This document shows, in pieces, positions 17,888 to 28,295 of a stretch of 64,000 nucleotides of DNA. How positions within the stretch are numbered: position 1 is the first letter of the stretch; each line of letters opens with the position of its first letter. A program made the position numbers and the translations under genes. Source of the stretch: Desulfomonilia bacterium (GTDB taxonomy: Bacteria; Desulfobacterota; Desulfomonilia; UBA1062). The notes beneath the pieces are model-generated. The model had not been told where the DNA came from and did not search any database. It saw nothing but the letters and a program-made list of their open reading frames with translations. Where the stretch lies: NCBI GenBank assembly GCA_050014195.1, contig JBEKDT010000013.1, positions 32,001-96,000 of the forward strand, written 5' to 3'.

Positions 17888-18958
17888 TTAGGTTTCTTGT
17901 CTTGCAATGCTCACCCAGAATAATCTTTTTTCGAGCAGATTATACAAGACCCATGCAATAAATATGGACAAGGAAAAGGATATAAGTGAAAAAATTGTAA
18001 GCCCTAAATATGGATGATCGATCATCATCCCTGCTCTGTTAAATATCGACTTCATAGGGTGCATAACAAAGGTATGTACGAGGAAAAAACTGTAGCTTAT
18101 ATTGCCAAGGAATATCATTACTGCATTATTAAAATTCGTGTTAATAGCCCATAAAAAGAAGACATACGCAAATACAGAAGAAGGAAAGATTAACAGTTCA
18201 TGGTTGGGCGCATAGCTGAAAATGCCAAGAGATAGCATGGAAAGCATTACCATGAGTGATATAATTCCTACCCAGGGATTAATCTTCTGCCGTGGGGTAT
18301 AATATACCAATATCCCCACAATGAAATATATAAACCTTGGAAACTGATAAATAAGAAGGGATACGATAAACAACAGTAAGGTCATCTGGACATAATATAT
18401 CCATGATTGCTTTCTGGTATTATAAGCCCTGTAAACAAGTCCCCATAAAATATAGAACATAAATATATAGCTTATGCACCATGCAACCGGTATCGCAATA
18501 GGAAAATCAAAGACACCAGGAAGCAGCAGAAGATTTATAAAAAGGCCCTTAAGCCATCCTGCTAATGAAACCTTACTCAACCAACTATGATCGGTAATAG
18601 GCCCTATAGAAAATATGAAGATGAGCATGGTAAGGTAAACGGGATAGATTCTCGCTATCCTTCTCCGTAAATAAAAGAAAAGGCCGCTTGACCTCTTTAT
18701 ACTTCCTACAGCAAGATACCCTGCAATGATGAAGAATATATCTACACCTGCGGCTCCACTCCCGAAAATGTAATAGAGCCAATAGCTTGAGGGTAAAAGG
18801 TTTGACCATACTCCAGTTGTACCAGCTCCATAGATATGGAACAGAAAAATAATGAGTATTGCAAACCCCCTCCAAAATTGAATTGAATTATTCATAATGC
18901 CTTTATATTGAGGTTTTGGACGAGAGTCTATATCCTGATATCTTTGCATATTCCGCAT
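17888..18958 (-). CDS. Acyltransferase family 3 (OafA-like O-acyltransferase)
   Basis: RGFAILIIFLFH, GVDIFFIIAGYL, RRIARIYP, LGNISYSFFLVH, LLEK. Likely start 18895. Confidence 0.88.
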   Translation of the reverse strand: MRNMQRYQDIDSRPKPQYKGIMNNSIQFWRGFAILIIFLFHIYGAGTTGVWSNLLPSSYWLYYIFGSGAAGVDIFFIIAGYLAVGSIKRSSGLFFYLRRRIARIYPVYLTMLIFIFSIGPITDHSWLSKVSLAGWLKGLFINLLLLPGVFDFPIAIPVAWCISYIFMFYILWGLVYRAYNTRKQSWIYYVQMTLLLFIVSLLIYQFPRFIYFIVGILVYYTPRQKINPWVGIISLMVMLSMLSLGIFSYAPNHELLIFPSSVFAYVFFLWAINTNFNNAVMIFLGNISYSFFLVHTFVMHPMKSIFNRAGMMIDHPYLGLTIFSLISFSLSIFIAWVLYNLLEKRLFWVSIARQET

Positions 18959-19201
18959 TTAAGATCGGGCCAAATATTTCAGGGTTATTTTTCATTCAAA
19001 ACTCTTGGATATGAGCTGTAGTAGCTCCGATCCGATCTGACAGAGTGTATCCTTTTAGTTCTCCTCTTGGTAACAGTTCAGTCCCCATTCTCAAGGCGGA
19101 TGAGTGAGGGCGCACCTGGGGGACGTCCATAAGCAATTAAGTTCTGAGCTTTTTACTTACATCAACAAATCTCATTTGAAAAGAGTAGTTAACTCAAATT
19201 A

Positions 19202-20365
19202 TCAATGTGTTGAGAAAATCGTTTTAAGTCTGATTTGCCATTTTCCGTTAGTAGTATAGCGGTCTCTTAATTTTTCATATATGAAATCTAAACACATAGG
19301 AATCGTTATACCTAAGGTTAAATAGGCAATCCACCAATAATGTTGTGATGTGATAACAGGAAATTTAGCCAAATAGATTAAAGGTTCTTTTTTATATAAT
19401 ACATAAAACAGATTTACTGCTTTGAAAGCAACAAACTGAAGAGCCATTATAGAAAGACTCCTCCGCCCTATATCTGAAAATAGGTTGGCAACATACTTAT
19501 ATCTTTGAATAATATTAGCCAAATACAGATTTACATATATGCCTGTAAAAGAACCTACAATAAAAACTAGTGGATTATTTAAGTTTCGATATACTAAAGC
19601 CAAGTATACGCTGCCATATTTATTGCAAGTATAAATTAATAGAAAAAAACTGATAACAGCAGGAAACCAGTGAATATATTTATTAAGATCTAGTCTCTTA
19701 AGGATATAACCAGCATAAAATACAAGCAAAGTTATAAATGCAACAAGTAAATGAAAATGATCACACCAATGATACTTTTCATGATCTAAATAGTAACCTA
19801 TAATGAATGCAAATAATACGACCCATGGAATAATATTGAGGTTATATCTTTTATTGATTTTAACATTAATAATTGATAAGATTAAAAACATAATATTAAC
19901 AACAAACAATGCAACCAAAAACCACAGAGCACCCACTAATGGCTCACCACTATGAAACACCATTATGCCTATAAATTTATAGAAAAACTTAAAGCAGTTA
20001 TACTTGTATACTCCCTCCGCATATCCATATAGATGAAGATTGTATAATATATTATGAAGAATGAGAAAAATAACATTATAAATCCAGTATGGGAAAAGAA
20101 GCCTTTTACATTTCTTTATTATAAACTCTCTTGGTTTATATGTATATTTATCTTCAAATAGATATCCGGAAACAAAAAAGAACAAAGACAAATGATACAT
20201 GTATAGATATGGTCCTATCGGTGTTCCAATATGACCAATAACAATAGCTATAATTCCTAAACCTTTTAAGATATCCCAATAATTGTTTCTATTCATATGA
20301 GCATTATACATATAAAAAGATTCACCTTTTGCAGGATAATACCATTCCTTTGAAATCGATATCAT
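19202..20365 (-). CDS. Acyltransferase family 3 (AT-rich gene)
   Basis: DILKGLGIIAIVIGH, LFFFVSGYLF, KRLLFPY, LWFLVALF, GRRSLSIMAL. Confidence 0.85.
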   Translation of the reverse strand: MISISKEWYYPAKGESFYMYNAHMNRNNYWDILKGLGIIAIVIGHIGTPIGPYLYMYHLSLFFFVSGYLFEDKYTYKPREFIIKKCKRLLFPYWIYNVIFLILHNILYNLHLYGYAEGVYKYNCFKFFYKFIGIMVFHSGEPLVGALWFLVALFVVNIMFLILSIINVKINKRYNLNIIPWVVLFAFIIGYYLDHEKYHWCDHFHLLVAFITLLVFYAGYILKRLDLNKYIHWFPAVISFFLLIYTCNKYGSVYLALVYRNLNNPLVFIVGSFTGIYVNLYLANIIQRYKYVANLFSDIGRRSLSIMALQFVAFKAVNLFYVLYKKEPLIYLAKFPVITSQHYWWIAYLTLGITIPMCLDFIYEKLRDRYTTNGKWQIRLKTIFSTH

Positions 20366-20508
20366 TTCTTGGGTAATGCATTTTACAGATAATATTTATG
20401 GACAAATCGTTCATTCATGGATGCTTGGATGGTTGACTGTAAATCACATTATCATTTATTGTACTATCTCTTATTAAAGAATAAAATGCAAAGTGAGAGG
20501 AAGATGTA

Positions 20509-21429
20509 ATGCAGAAGGAATTTTACTACGATGACAACCCTGAATGCAAGTTGTGGGATAACATGTGGGCATCCAGGACTATTGAACAGGAACTGGAAGC
20601 TTGTAGTATGGAGACCCCTCCCAGGGAATTATTTTTGAAGTATCTCACAAAGAAAGATAAGATTGTAGAGGCCGGGTGCGGGTTTGCAAAGTGGGTGATT
20701 TATCTGCATAGGCGCGGGTTTGACATTATAGGCATAGACAACAATGAGTTCGCAATATCCAAGCTGAAAGAGTTCGATGCATCGCTTCAGGTGGAAGTGG
20801 GAGACATACTGAATATCAAGTATCCTGACAACTATTTTGATGCGTACATATCAATGGGGGTGATTGAACACTTTGAAGAAGGGCCGCATGCGGCATTGAA
20901 TGAGGCATACCGGCTGCTGAAGCCGGGCGGTTTGGTCTTTGTATCAGTGCCGACGGTAAATACTATCAGGAGATTCTACAGACGGCCTGTCCGCAATGCT
21001 CTGAACATGTTTCTCAGATCCCTCATAATAGTCAAGAAAGGTTGGTCAGAATCCAAATCTAAAGCATGTATTGATGCGATTGATAATTTACTTCCCGAAA
21101 AGGTGAAAAATAACTTATTAGGAAGGAAAGATATATATTACCATTTCACCGAGTACCGGTATACGAAGGATGAGCTGGAGAATTTTTTGAGACAGTCCGG
21201 ATTTGAAATAATAAAAACCATACCTCATGACTTCTATGAATCCAATGACCATGCGATCGGGTTGTGGTTGGACTTTCCTTTTTTAAGGAATTTCAAGGGG
21301 GGGGCAAATTTCAGGCTCAATCCCATTGGGAAAGTATTTTCGCGAGTTCTAGACAGTATATCCCCATGGATTGCCTGTGCCAGTGTCATATGTGTAGCCA
21401 GGTCATTGAAGAATGCCCAGCCAAGATGA
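20509..21429 (+). CDS. Class I SAM-dependent methyltransferase
   Basis: IVEAGCGFAK, GIDNN, FDAYISMGVIEH, RLLKPGG. Confidence 0.88.
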   Translation: MQKEFYYDDNPECKLWDNMWASRTIEQELEACSMETPPRELFLKYLTKKDKIVEAGCGFAKWVIYLHRRGFDIIGIDNNEFAISKLKEFDASLQVEVGDILNIKYPDNYFDAYISMGVIEHFEEGPHAALNEAYRLLKPGGLVFVSVPTVNTIRRFYRRPVRNALNMFLRSLIIVKKGWSESKSKACIDAIDNLLPEKVKNNLLGRKDIYYHFTEYRYTKDELENFLRQSGFEIIKTIPHDFYESNDHAIGLWLDFPFLRNFKGGANFRLNPIGKVFSRVLDSISPWIACASVICVARSLKNAQPR

Positions 21430-21507
21430 ACTTCAACCCTGCCTAATGAAGGACAAAACTAATCTCCAGTCGCTGTAATAGTTTGATTGGAAAAGTGTTA
21501 GTCAATT

Positions 21508-24474
21508 ATGAATAAGTTCTTGCTCAAAAGGAAAATCAAGGCACTCCTAAGGCGGTTCTTAAAGGGTGTTAGTCAATATTCGACTATCCTATGGATAGGA
21601 CCACTCTCTATTCGAATTAATCGTTCCAGGAAAATCTGCTCTACGATAGCGAGCATGAACGGGGGTTGGTTGCATGGAATCAGGAAGGCACTGGAGATTG
21701 TCCTTACTGAAGGACTTGCAGGAATAGGCCCGTACATACTGAATGTCAAGATGCAAATACTGAAACAAAGTCTGGAGCCTCATTTCGGCAGACATTACAG
21801 AGAGGTTTATCACTCTGAAGCTGATTTTCTCTCTCATCCACCAGGGAAAATCGGTATATGTATCCGGTTAGGTCAAATGGAAATACTTGATGCGATGCTT
21901 GGATCTTTATCAGATGTGCCTTTTGAATACGACTTATATATAGCTGTTCCAGATAGGAAATCTAAATCTATAGCAAAAGGTAAACTGAATAAATTAATAA
22001 AGATCAAAAAGCTAAGGATATCAATCGTACCAGACCAGGCAAAAGATACAGTGCCCATGCTTCTGACATTTGCAAAAAGTATCCGGAACAATGATTTTAT
22101 TTGTCATATTCATACAACTGATTCATCACATGAAGTCAAAGGGCAGATTGACTGGCTAAATCATGCAGCAGATTATCTCTTGGGGTCGCAAAAGAATATT
22201 ATTAACATCTTCAAAATATTCGAAGATCATCCTGAGGTCGGGCTCATATACCCGGAGCCTTATCGGGACATGCCATATTGGAAGTATACCTGGCTTTCGA
22301 ATACCAAAGCAGCCGGGTTACTATTCAGCAGATTGGGGATGCATGCAGATTTTACTGGTTATACTGATTTTCCTGTAGGATCGATATTCTGGGCAAGGGT
22401 CAAAGCAATTGAACCATTGCTAAGCACGGGTTTAGCCGATAAAGATTTTTCCAGAGAAATGGAAAAAGCTGATGGAACTTTCGTCCATACAATGGAAAGA
22501 TCACTGGTCCATGTTCTCAGAAGCAGGGGGATGTCATTCAGCGAGATCAATCCTGAAAATAATTGTTACAGAATAAATTTTGGCTCAAAGAATCTATGGC
22601 AGTATTGGAACAAGAGCAGTGAAGAGCTTTGTAAAGCCATGGATAAGTTTGAAGTCATTTCATTTGACATATTCGATACGTTGATAACCAGGCCGGTGCT
22701 TGTCCCTGATACAGCGTTCGAGATTGTGGGGATTACAATCAACAAAAGTCTCATGTTGAAACTCGACTATGTCAAATGCAGGAAGCAGGCTGAATTCCGT
22801 ATCAGGATTAACAATGATTTCACCGGCGATTGTTCCATCGATGACATCTATGAAGAGTTCCGGAAAACAACCGGACTATCCGAGGCACAGTGCGAAGCGA
22901 TAAAGAAGATCGAGATACAAAATGAGATCGATCTCTGCACCCCGAGAGAAGAAATGATCGACATATTCAATTATGCAAGATCAAAAGGTAAACGAATAGT
23001 ACTAATCTCTGACATATATCTGAGAACACAAGACATCGAGGCAATGCTGTCAAAATGCGGAATCAGCGGCTATGATAAGATCCTTTTGTCTTCAGAATTG
23101 AATAAAAGAAAAGATACGGGCGAATTATGGGACTATTACAAGCACTGGATCAATACTCCCGGCTGCCTGCACATCGGAGACAATGAGTACTCCGACCAAT
23201 GTCTTGCAGCAGCTAGGGGGTTGGCCTGTTATCACGTGATGTCAGGCAGAAACATGTTTTATAACATTCATCTCGGGAATGGTTTTCACGGAAAATTTCA
23301 TGATGGAATCCATAGTGGAGATTCAGCCAGTGTAGGCACAATTATTTCGAAAGAGTTCAACAGCCCGTTTGCTTTGCATTTAACAGACGGGAGATATGCA
23401 ATAAATAGTTTAAAGAAACTAGGATACGTAATATTCGGGCCGATATTCATTACATTCATCACATGGCTTATCAGAAATGTCATGAATGATAAAAGAGATC
23501 TGCTGCTGTTCTTGGCCAGGGAAGGGTATGTCTTCGAGAAGTTTTATAATACGATAATTAAGAGCTATGGCCGCTATAACATTCCTTTCACCAAGATTGA
23601 CAGTAGATATCTTTTAGCTTCCAGGAGGGCTGTTTCTGTTGCTTCAATTATGAAAGAGGATGATATTCTGGATTTGATAGAAGCACCCTACAAGGGGACG
23701 GTTTCAAATCTGTTAGTTTCAAGATTCGGAATAACCAACGATAATACTCTTGATGGAAGCGAGAGTATTTCTTTGCCTGAGGATTACGGGAAAGTTAAGG
23801 ATATAATCGGGTTATATAAGGGTGAGATACTGCGGAACGCAAAAAGTGAAAGAGATAATTATATAAGCTATTGCCGGGAGCTGGGCTTGTTCAAATATGA
23901 CAATATTGCAGTAGTTGATCTGGGATATTCAGGCTCCATGCAGTATTATCTTTCGAAAATAATAAGCAAGCCCACTATCGGCTATTATTTTATGACGAGA
24001 AGCGACACTTTAAAAGGCATTCGATATGAAGGCAACTTGATGAAGGAATGTTTCAGTAATATTGATAAAGATGCCAACCACAGCATTAATACCATTTATG
24101 CCTTTATACTCATATTTGAAGGTTTGCTGACTTCTCCGGCCGGCCAATTCATAAAATTCAACTACGACAATGATGTGCTGAAACCGATATTCGACACGCC
24201 CGGGCATTCACAAAAAGTATTTGATTCATTAAATCAGATATATGAAGGGACCCTGGATTTTATGGAAGACATGGTGAAGTATCACGGCAACTATTTATTA
24301 GACCTCACATTCACACAAAAAATAACACAATTCATGTTGGAACATATAATGCTGGAGCACAACACAATTTCAGATGAAATAAAGAGTCTGTTTGCTGTCG
24401 AAGACAAGTATTGTTCTGATGGTGATATTTCGGTCTTTGACTATTATGCAAAATACTATGGTAAGACTGGATGA
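21508..24474 (+). CDS. RgpF-like (rhamnan synthesis F) glycosyltransferase fused to HAD phosphatase and PRT-like domain (probable ribofuranosyltransferase)
   Basis: N-terminal part FPVGSIFWAR..DGTFVHTMER (RgpF-like); HAD motifs SFDIFDTLI and HIGDNEYSD; C-terminal part FLAREG and VVDLGYSGS. Confidence 0.72.
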   Translation: MNKFLLKRKIKALLRRFLKGVSQYSTILWIGPLSIRINRSRKICSTIASMNGGWLHGIRKALEIVLTEGLAGIGPYILNVKMQILKQSLEPHFGRHYREVYHSEADFLSHPPGKIGICIRLGQMEILDAMLGSLSDVPFEYDLYIAVPDRKSKSIAKGKLNKLIKIKKLRISIVPDQAKDTVPMLLTFAKSIRNNDFICHIHTTDSSHEVKGQIDWLNHAADYLLGSQKNIINIFKIFEDHPEVGLIYPEPYRDMPYWKYTWLSNTKAAGLLFSRLGMHADFTGYTDFPVGSIFWARVKAIEPLLSTGLADKDFSREMEKADGTFVHTMERSLVHVLRSRGMSFSEINPENNCYRINFGSKNLWQYWNKSSEELCKAMDKFEVISFDIFDTLITRPVLVPDTAFEIVGITINKSLMLKLDYVKCRKQAEFRIRINNDFTGDCSIDDIYEEFRKTTGLSEAQCEAIKKIEIQNEIDLCTPREEMIDIFNYARSKGKRIVLISDIYLRTQDIEAMLSKCGISGYDKILLSSELNKRKDTGELWDYYKHWINTPGCLHIGDNEYSDQCLAAARGLACYHVMSGRNMFYNIHLGNGFHGKFHDGIHSGDSASVGTIISKEFNSPFALHLTDGRYAINSLKKLGYVIFGPIFITFITWLIRNVMNDKRDLLLFLAREGYVFEKFYNTIIKSYGRYNIPFTKIDSRYLLASRRAVSVASIMKEDDILDLIEAPYKGTVSNLLVSRFGITNDNTLDGSESISLPEDYGKVKDIIGLYKGEILRNAKSERDNYISYCRELGLFKYDNIAVVDLGYSGSMQYYLSKIISKPTIGYYFMTRSDTLKGIRYEGNLMKECFSNIDKDANHSINTIYAFILIFEGLLTSPAGQFIKFNYDNDVLKPIFDTPGHSQKVFDSLNQIYEGTLDFMEDMVKYHGNYLLDLTFTQKITQFMLEHIMLEHNTISDEIKSLFAVEDKYCSDGDISVFDYYAKYYGKTG

Positions 24475-24518
24475 ATGTATCAGATTGTGATGTGCTGAAA
24501 TTATCTGTTAAAAAGAGC

Positions 24519-25397
24519 TCAATGGTCATTTGGTCTCGGGATGAACACATAGTTGAATACATTCTGTGAGGCCCCTTTATTGGCAAGCGAGTTTTTAAAA
24601 CCTGCGGGAGTAATAAGGCTGTTATCTTTGTTTGCCAGTCGTACTTCATAATTATGTTGCCAGAACAGATCGAACGTGGCTTCATAATTCGGATTCCGCC
24701 CACCTGGACAAAATAAGCTCTGATTCACTTCTATGAACCAGGTAGGGCGTGGGTGCATGGTTAAGGTTTCCTCAGCACCCCTCAATACATCGAACTCTGC
24801 ACCTTCCACATCGATCTTTATGAACAGCTTTTTCCCCTGGAACCGATCACCGAGGATATTATCCAATGTGTTGACAGGAATAATCTGTTTGAATCTTTCG
24901 GAATAACCTGCCCAACCTTTGACCAGAGAAGCGCAGAGACCTGAAGCACCATATAATGTCAGCATGCCAGGCTTGCTGCTTAATCCTATAGGAAAAACCT
25001 CTGCATCCGTCCAGCCGTTGTTGCTTAAGTTGGCATAAAGGCATTCGAGGTTCTGCCATTGTGGCTCAACTGCAATGACATGTTTCCCAAGGGACAGGGC
25101 AACACAGGAATAATATCCGATGTTGGCCCCGACATCCACGAATACATCGGCAGTGTTCAAATGGTTTCTGATTATATCCAGCTCATCACTCTCGAATTTC
25201 CCCTTTAACATTAACCGGTGTTCCTTATAGTTTTTTGATACCAAGTCAAACCCGAAGGGTGTTGATGCTTTTATTTTTGATTTAAAAACATATGTATACA
25301 TAAAGTCAGAAAAGATATGTATTTTCCATCGCGTCGATAAGCGGAGATTATTTATATATGAAAACAGCCTGAAACGCTTCAATATTGACTTAATCAC
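24519..25397 (-). CDS. FkbM family methyltransferase
   Basis: FVDVGANIGYY, AVEP, IKIDVEGAEFDVLRG. Confidence 0.92.
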   Translation of the reverse strand: MIKSILKRFRLFSYINNLRLSTRWKIHIFSDFMYTYVFKSKIKASTPFGFDLVSKNYKEHRLMLKGKFESDELDIIRNHLNTADVFVDVGANIGYYSCVALSLGKHVIAVEPQWQNLECLYANLSNNGWTDAEVFPIGLSSKPGMLTLYGASGLCASLVKGWAGYSERFKQIIPVNTLDNILGDRFQGKKLFIKIDVEGAEFDVLRGAEETLTMHPRPTWFIEVNQSLFCPGGRNPNYEATFDLFWQHNYEVRLANKDNSLITPAGFKNSLANKGASQNVFNYVFIPRPNDH

Positions 25398-25533
25398 AAT
25401 AACGTCCCTCAGAGGATTTTAAACTTATTCTGGTTTCTATACTCCGTATAGACAGGTGTAGTAAAGAAACTGCTCTATCCAGGGCTTTAATAATAGGATC
25501 AACAGCAGAAGTAATCGCCTGAAAGCCTCATAT

Positions 25534-26406
25534 TCAAGGCTGTTCAACTGCCTTATGTATGAAGACCATCTTCTGTGTAATAATCATTTTCGAAAATTTT
25601 GATTTGACTGAGGGCTTACCCCTTGTGAGATCACCTGCCCCTTGTTCATCGATTAACTGTTTGACAAACCCCACCATCCCATAACCGTGTGATTCAAATG
25701 GAACTTTGAGTAAAAGATTATAAGGGGGAAGCAACCCTGATCTTATTGCTGCTGGGTTTATTTTATAGAGAATTTTGCTCAAAATTAAAAAGATTATTTT
25801 TGTTATCATATTGAAGAGGTGCATCAGTCCAGATCGTTTACCGGAAAATATTCTTCTTTCAATTATAAGAGGAATCTTTATTAAAAAGTTAATGCGGGGC
25901 CGCAAGCCTGATCGCAGTTTTGATAGAAGTCCTTCTTTCAGTTTATAATTTTTCCCATCCGCACAAAAGTCAAAATAACCGGTTATCCAATCTTCTATGA
26001 CAAATATGCCACCAGGCTTCAAATGATTATCAAAGAGATGCCAGAACGACTGTTTTGTATACTCTCCAATATGAGATGCATCGTCAATGATGATGTCAAA
26101 ACCTCCCGGAGTCATCTTGGTGGCAACTTCTGATAAGAACACTGTATCAGTCTGACTGCCCTCGAAGAGGGATATCCGTTCTTCCTGGGGGAAGTCTTTC
26201 GGGACGTTAATATCAATACCTACGATAGTCCCTTTTGGGAAGTAGTCTCTCCATAACAAGAGTGATTCTCCCTTATAAATACCAAGCTCGAGAAGCTTTA
26301 TATTTTCATTAACCCACGGTTCAAGAACTTGATCATAGTCTTCCATAAGTCGGCTTGAAATTTTATCGGAATTATATTTTTCCAAGGTCAGCTGCTTGCT
26401 TCGCAT
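25534..26406 (-). CDS. Class I SAM-dependent (sugar O-) methyltransferase
   Basis: LLELGIYKGESLLLWRDYFP, GIDI, GSQ, FDIIIDDASH, LKPGGIFVIED. Confidence 0.85.
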   Translation of the reverse strand: MRSKQLTLEKYNSDKISSRLMEDYDQVLEPWVNENIKLLELGIYKGESLLLWRDYFPKGTIVGIDINVPKDFPQEERISLFEGSQTDTVFLSEVATKMTPGGFDIIIDDASHIGEYTKQSFWHLFDNHLKPGGIFVIEDWITGYFDFCADGKNYKLKEGLLSKLRSGLRPRINFLIKIPLIIERRIFSGKRSGLMHLFNMITKIIFLILSKILYKINPAAIRSGLLPPYNLLLKVPFESHGYGMVGFVKQLIDEQGAGDLTRGKPSVKSKFSKMIITQKMVFIHKAVEQP

Positions 26407-26504
26407 CTTTAAAACCCCCTTCTAGGAATAGATCTAAATTTTCATAATAAAAGTTAATAAAAATAAACATCATGAGTATATCATTAAAAGGCATATGATT
26501 TCAT

Positions 26505-27341
26505 TTAATCTTTTCTCCAATACCTGCCGGTCCAGTCAATTTCCTTTATCTCAGAAACTATCCCGTTCTCCGTTCTAAAATCATCTACCGCTTTTCTGCA
26601 TCTGCCTATGCAACCATAATCGTCAATGATACAGAATCCACCTTTGGAGAGTTTTGGATACAGATTTGTAAGGGCATCCATGGTGGAGCTGTACATATCA
26701 CCATCAAGCCTGAGGACTGCAAGTTTGTCTATGAGTGCGTTTGGAAGTGTATCTTTGAACCATCCCTTCAGGAAAACAACCTGGTTATCAAGGAGGCCAT
26801 ATTTTTTGAAGTTGTCTTCGACATCCTTCTGAGCCACTGAAAAGTATTTCATTGTGTACATCTCATCACCTTTATCATCAAGATATCTCTCTGTATCCGG
26901 CTTCGGCAATCCTTCGAAAGAATCTGCCACATAGACTTTGCGGTCATTCACTCCATAGGCTGCAAGAACAGCACGCATAAATATGCAGGCTCCACCCCTC
27001 CACACACCTGTTTCAATCAGGTCGCCTTCTATCTTTTCTCTTATCGCTGTCTCAATACAGAATTGTATATTATCAAGGCGCTTTATTCCGATCATCGTAT
27101 CAGCATATCCTGGGTATGAAATAGTTCCATCTATTCTTTGAGATTGAGTATACGAAATTTCATGGACAAGTATCAGTTGTTTCAATTTGAGGATCCGATG
27201 AACAGTGGATAAGATCATTCTCATGATCGGGTTCAACCTGCTGTTGTAGAAAGAAAGAGGCCTTGGCGGTTCAGGCCATAAGGTAAAGGCAAGGGTCTTT
27301 TTCATTAAGTCCAGATAGAGTTCCGCAGGTGTTTTTTCCAT
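26505..27341 (-). CDS. TylF/MycF/NovP-family sugar O-methyltransferase
   Basis: TMIGIKRLDN, GDLIETGVWRGGA, ADSFEGLP, KGWFKDTL, LRLDGDMYSST, IIDDY. Confidence 0.93.
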   Translation of the reverse strand: MEKTPAELYLDLMKKTLAFTLWPEPPRPLSFYNSRLNPIMRMILSTVHRILKLKQLILVHEISYTQSQRIDGTISYPGYADTMIGIKRLDNIQFCIETAIREKIEGDLIETGVWRGGACIFMRAVLAAYGVNDRKVYVADSFEGLPKPDTERYLDDKGDEMYTMKYFSVAQKDVEDNFKKYGLLDNQVVFLKGWFKDTLPNALIDKLAVLRLDGDMYSSTMDALTNLYPKLSKGGFCIIDDYGCIGRCRKAVDDFRTENGIVSEIKEIDWTGRYWRKD

Positions 27342-27367
27342 TATAGTTTCCTTATGAATTAAAAAGG

Positions 27368-28150
27368 TTACTGCTTCAGACTCCTTAGTTTCCCGATCAG
27401 GTGAATGATGATAGGAGGAACAAAGAGCCTTAAGATATTAAGTATTGATGACTTATCTATCCTCATCATGGTTCGTTTCGGATAATCTGTATATACAGGG
27501 ATGGCATTGGAAGATATCCGTTTCAGATAACCCTTGGGGTTCCAGGTTATAAAAAAGTGTTCTCTGTCCCTATCGATCATGAAATCCTCATTTTCAGCTA
27601 TGAAAGTCGTAATCGCTTCATAAGGGCCTGGATCCGGTCCATGATCGAGCCCGTGATGGATGATGCTGTCTTCGACTATGAGATAGTCCCCGGGCTTAAT
27701 GAATGTTGAGTATGCTCGTAATACGTTTAACGTATTGTCATATGTGTGTGAGCTGTCTTCGATCACCAGAACCCTCTCTTCATTTGAAATAATCTTCTTT
27801 ACATCATCAAGCCTTTGACACGCATCTCCTTCGATCAGAGTTATTCTGGGATGGTTTTTTATAAATTCCGGTACCGTTTCATGAGATAGGTCGAGACCGA
27901 TAACCCTGCCTTTGCCGAGCAGGTCACAAAGATGTGCCAGGAACAGGGTGCTCCCGCCATTGAAGTTGCCGATTTCAATTATTACATCAGGCTGGGTTTC
28001 GTATATAATCTCCTGATAAACCCATGAATCCATGGGGCTCTTCATCGTCCATACGCCGAAATATTTTGTTTTCCCCAGTATACCATTACCGATGATTTGA
28101 AGGATGTTGCGCAGAGGTACAGCCAGGCCATCTTCCATATATTGAGCCAT
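27368..28150 (-). CDS. CmcI-family (rhamnosyl) O-methyltransferase
   Basis: KSPMDSWVYQEII..PDVIIEIG..GGS, VIEDSSHT, GDYLIVED, TWNPKGYLKR. Confidence 0.9.
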   Translation of the reverse strand: MAQYMEDGLAVPLRNILQIIGNGILGKTKYFGVWTMKSPMDSWVYQEIIYETQPDVIIEIGNFNGGSTLFLAHLCDLLGKGRVIGLDLSHETVPEFIKNHPRITLIEGDACQRLDDVKKIISNEERVLVIEDSSHTYDNTLNVLRAYSTFIKPGDYLIVEDSIIHHGLDHGPDPGPYEAITTFIAENEDFMIDRDREHFFITWNPKGYLKRISSNAIPVYTDYPKRTMMRIDKSSILNILRLFVPPIIIHLIGKLRSLKQ

Positions 28151-28295
28151 GCTTATGATCTCCTTTTACCTAATGATCAGGAAGCCAATTGGAAATGTGT
28201 ATATTCTATCAATTGATTGTATGAGGATAAATTCCTGGTTATTCTTGAATCGAGTAGTTTAAGATATTCTCAGATACTGATGAGAAGCCAGCCTA

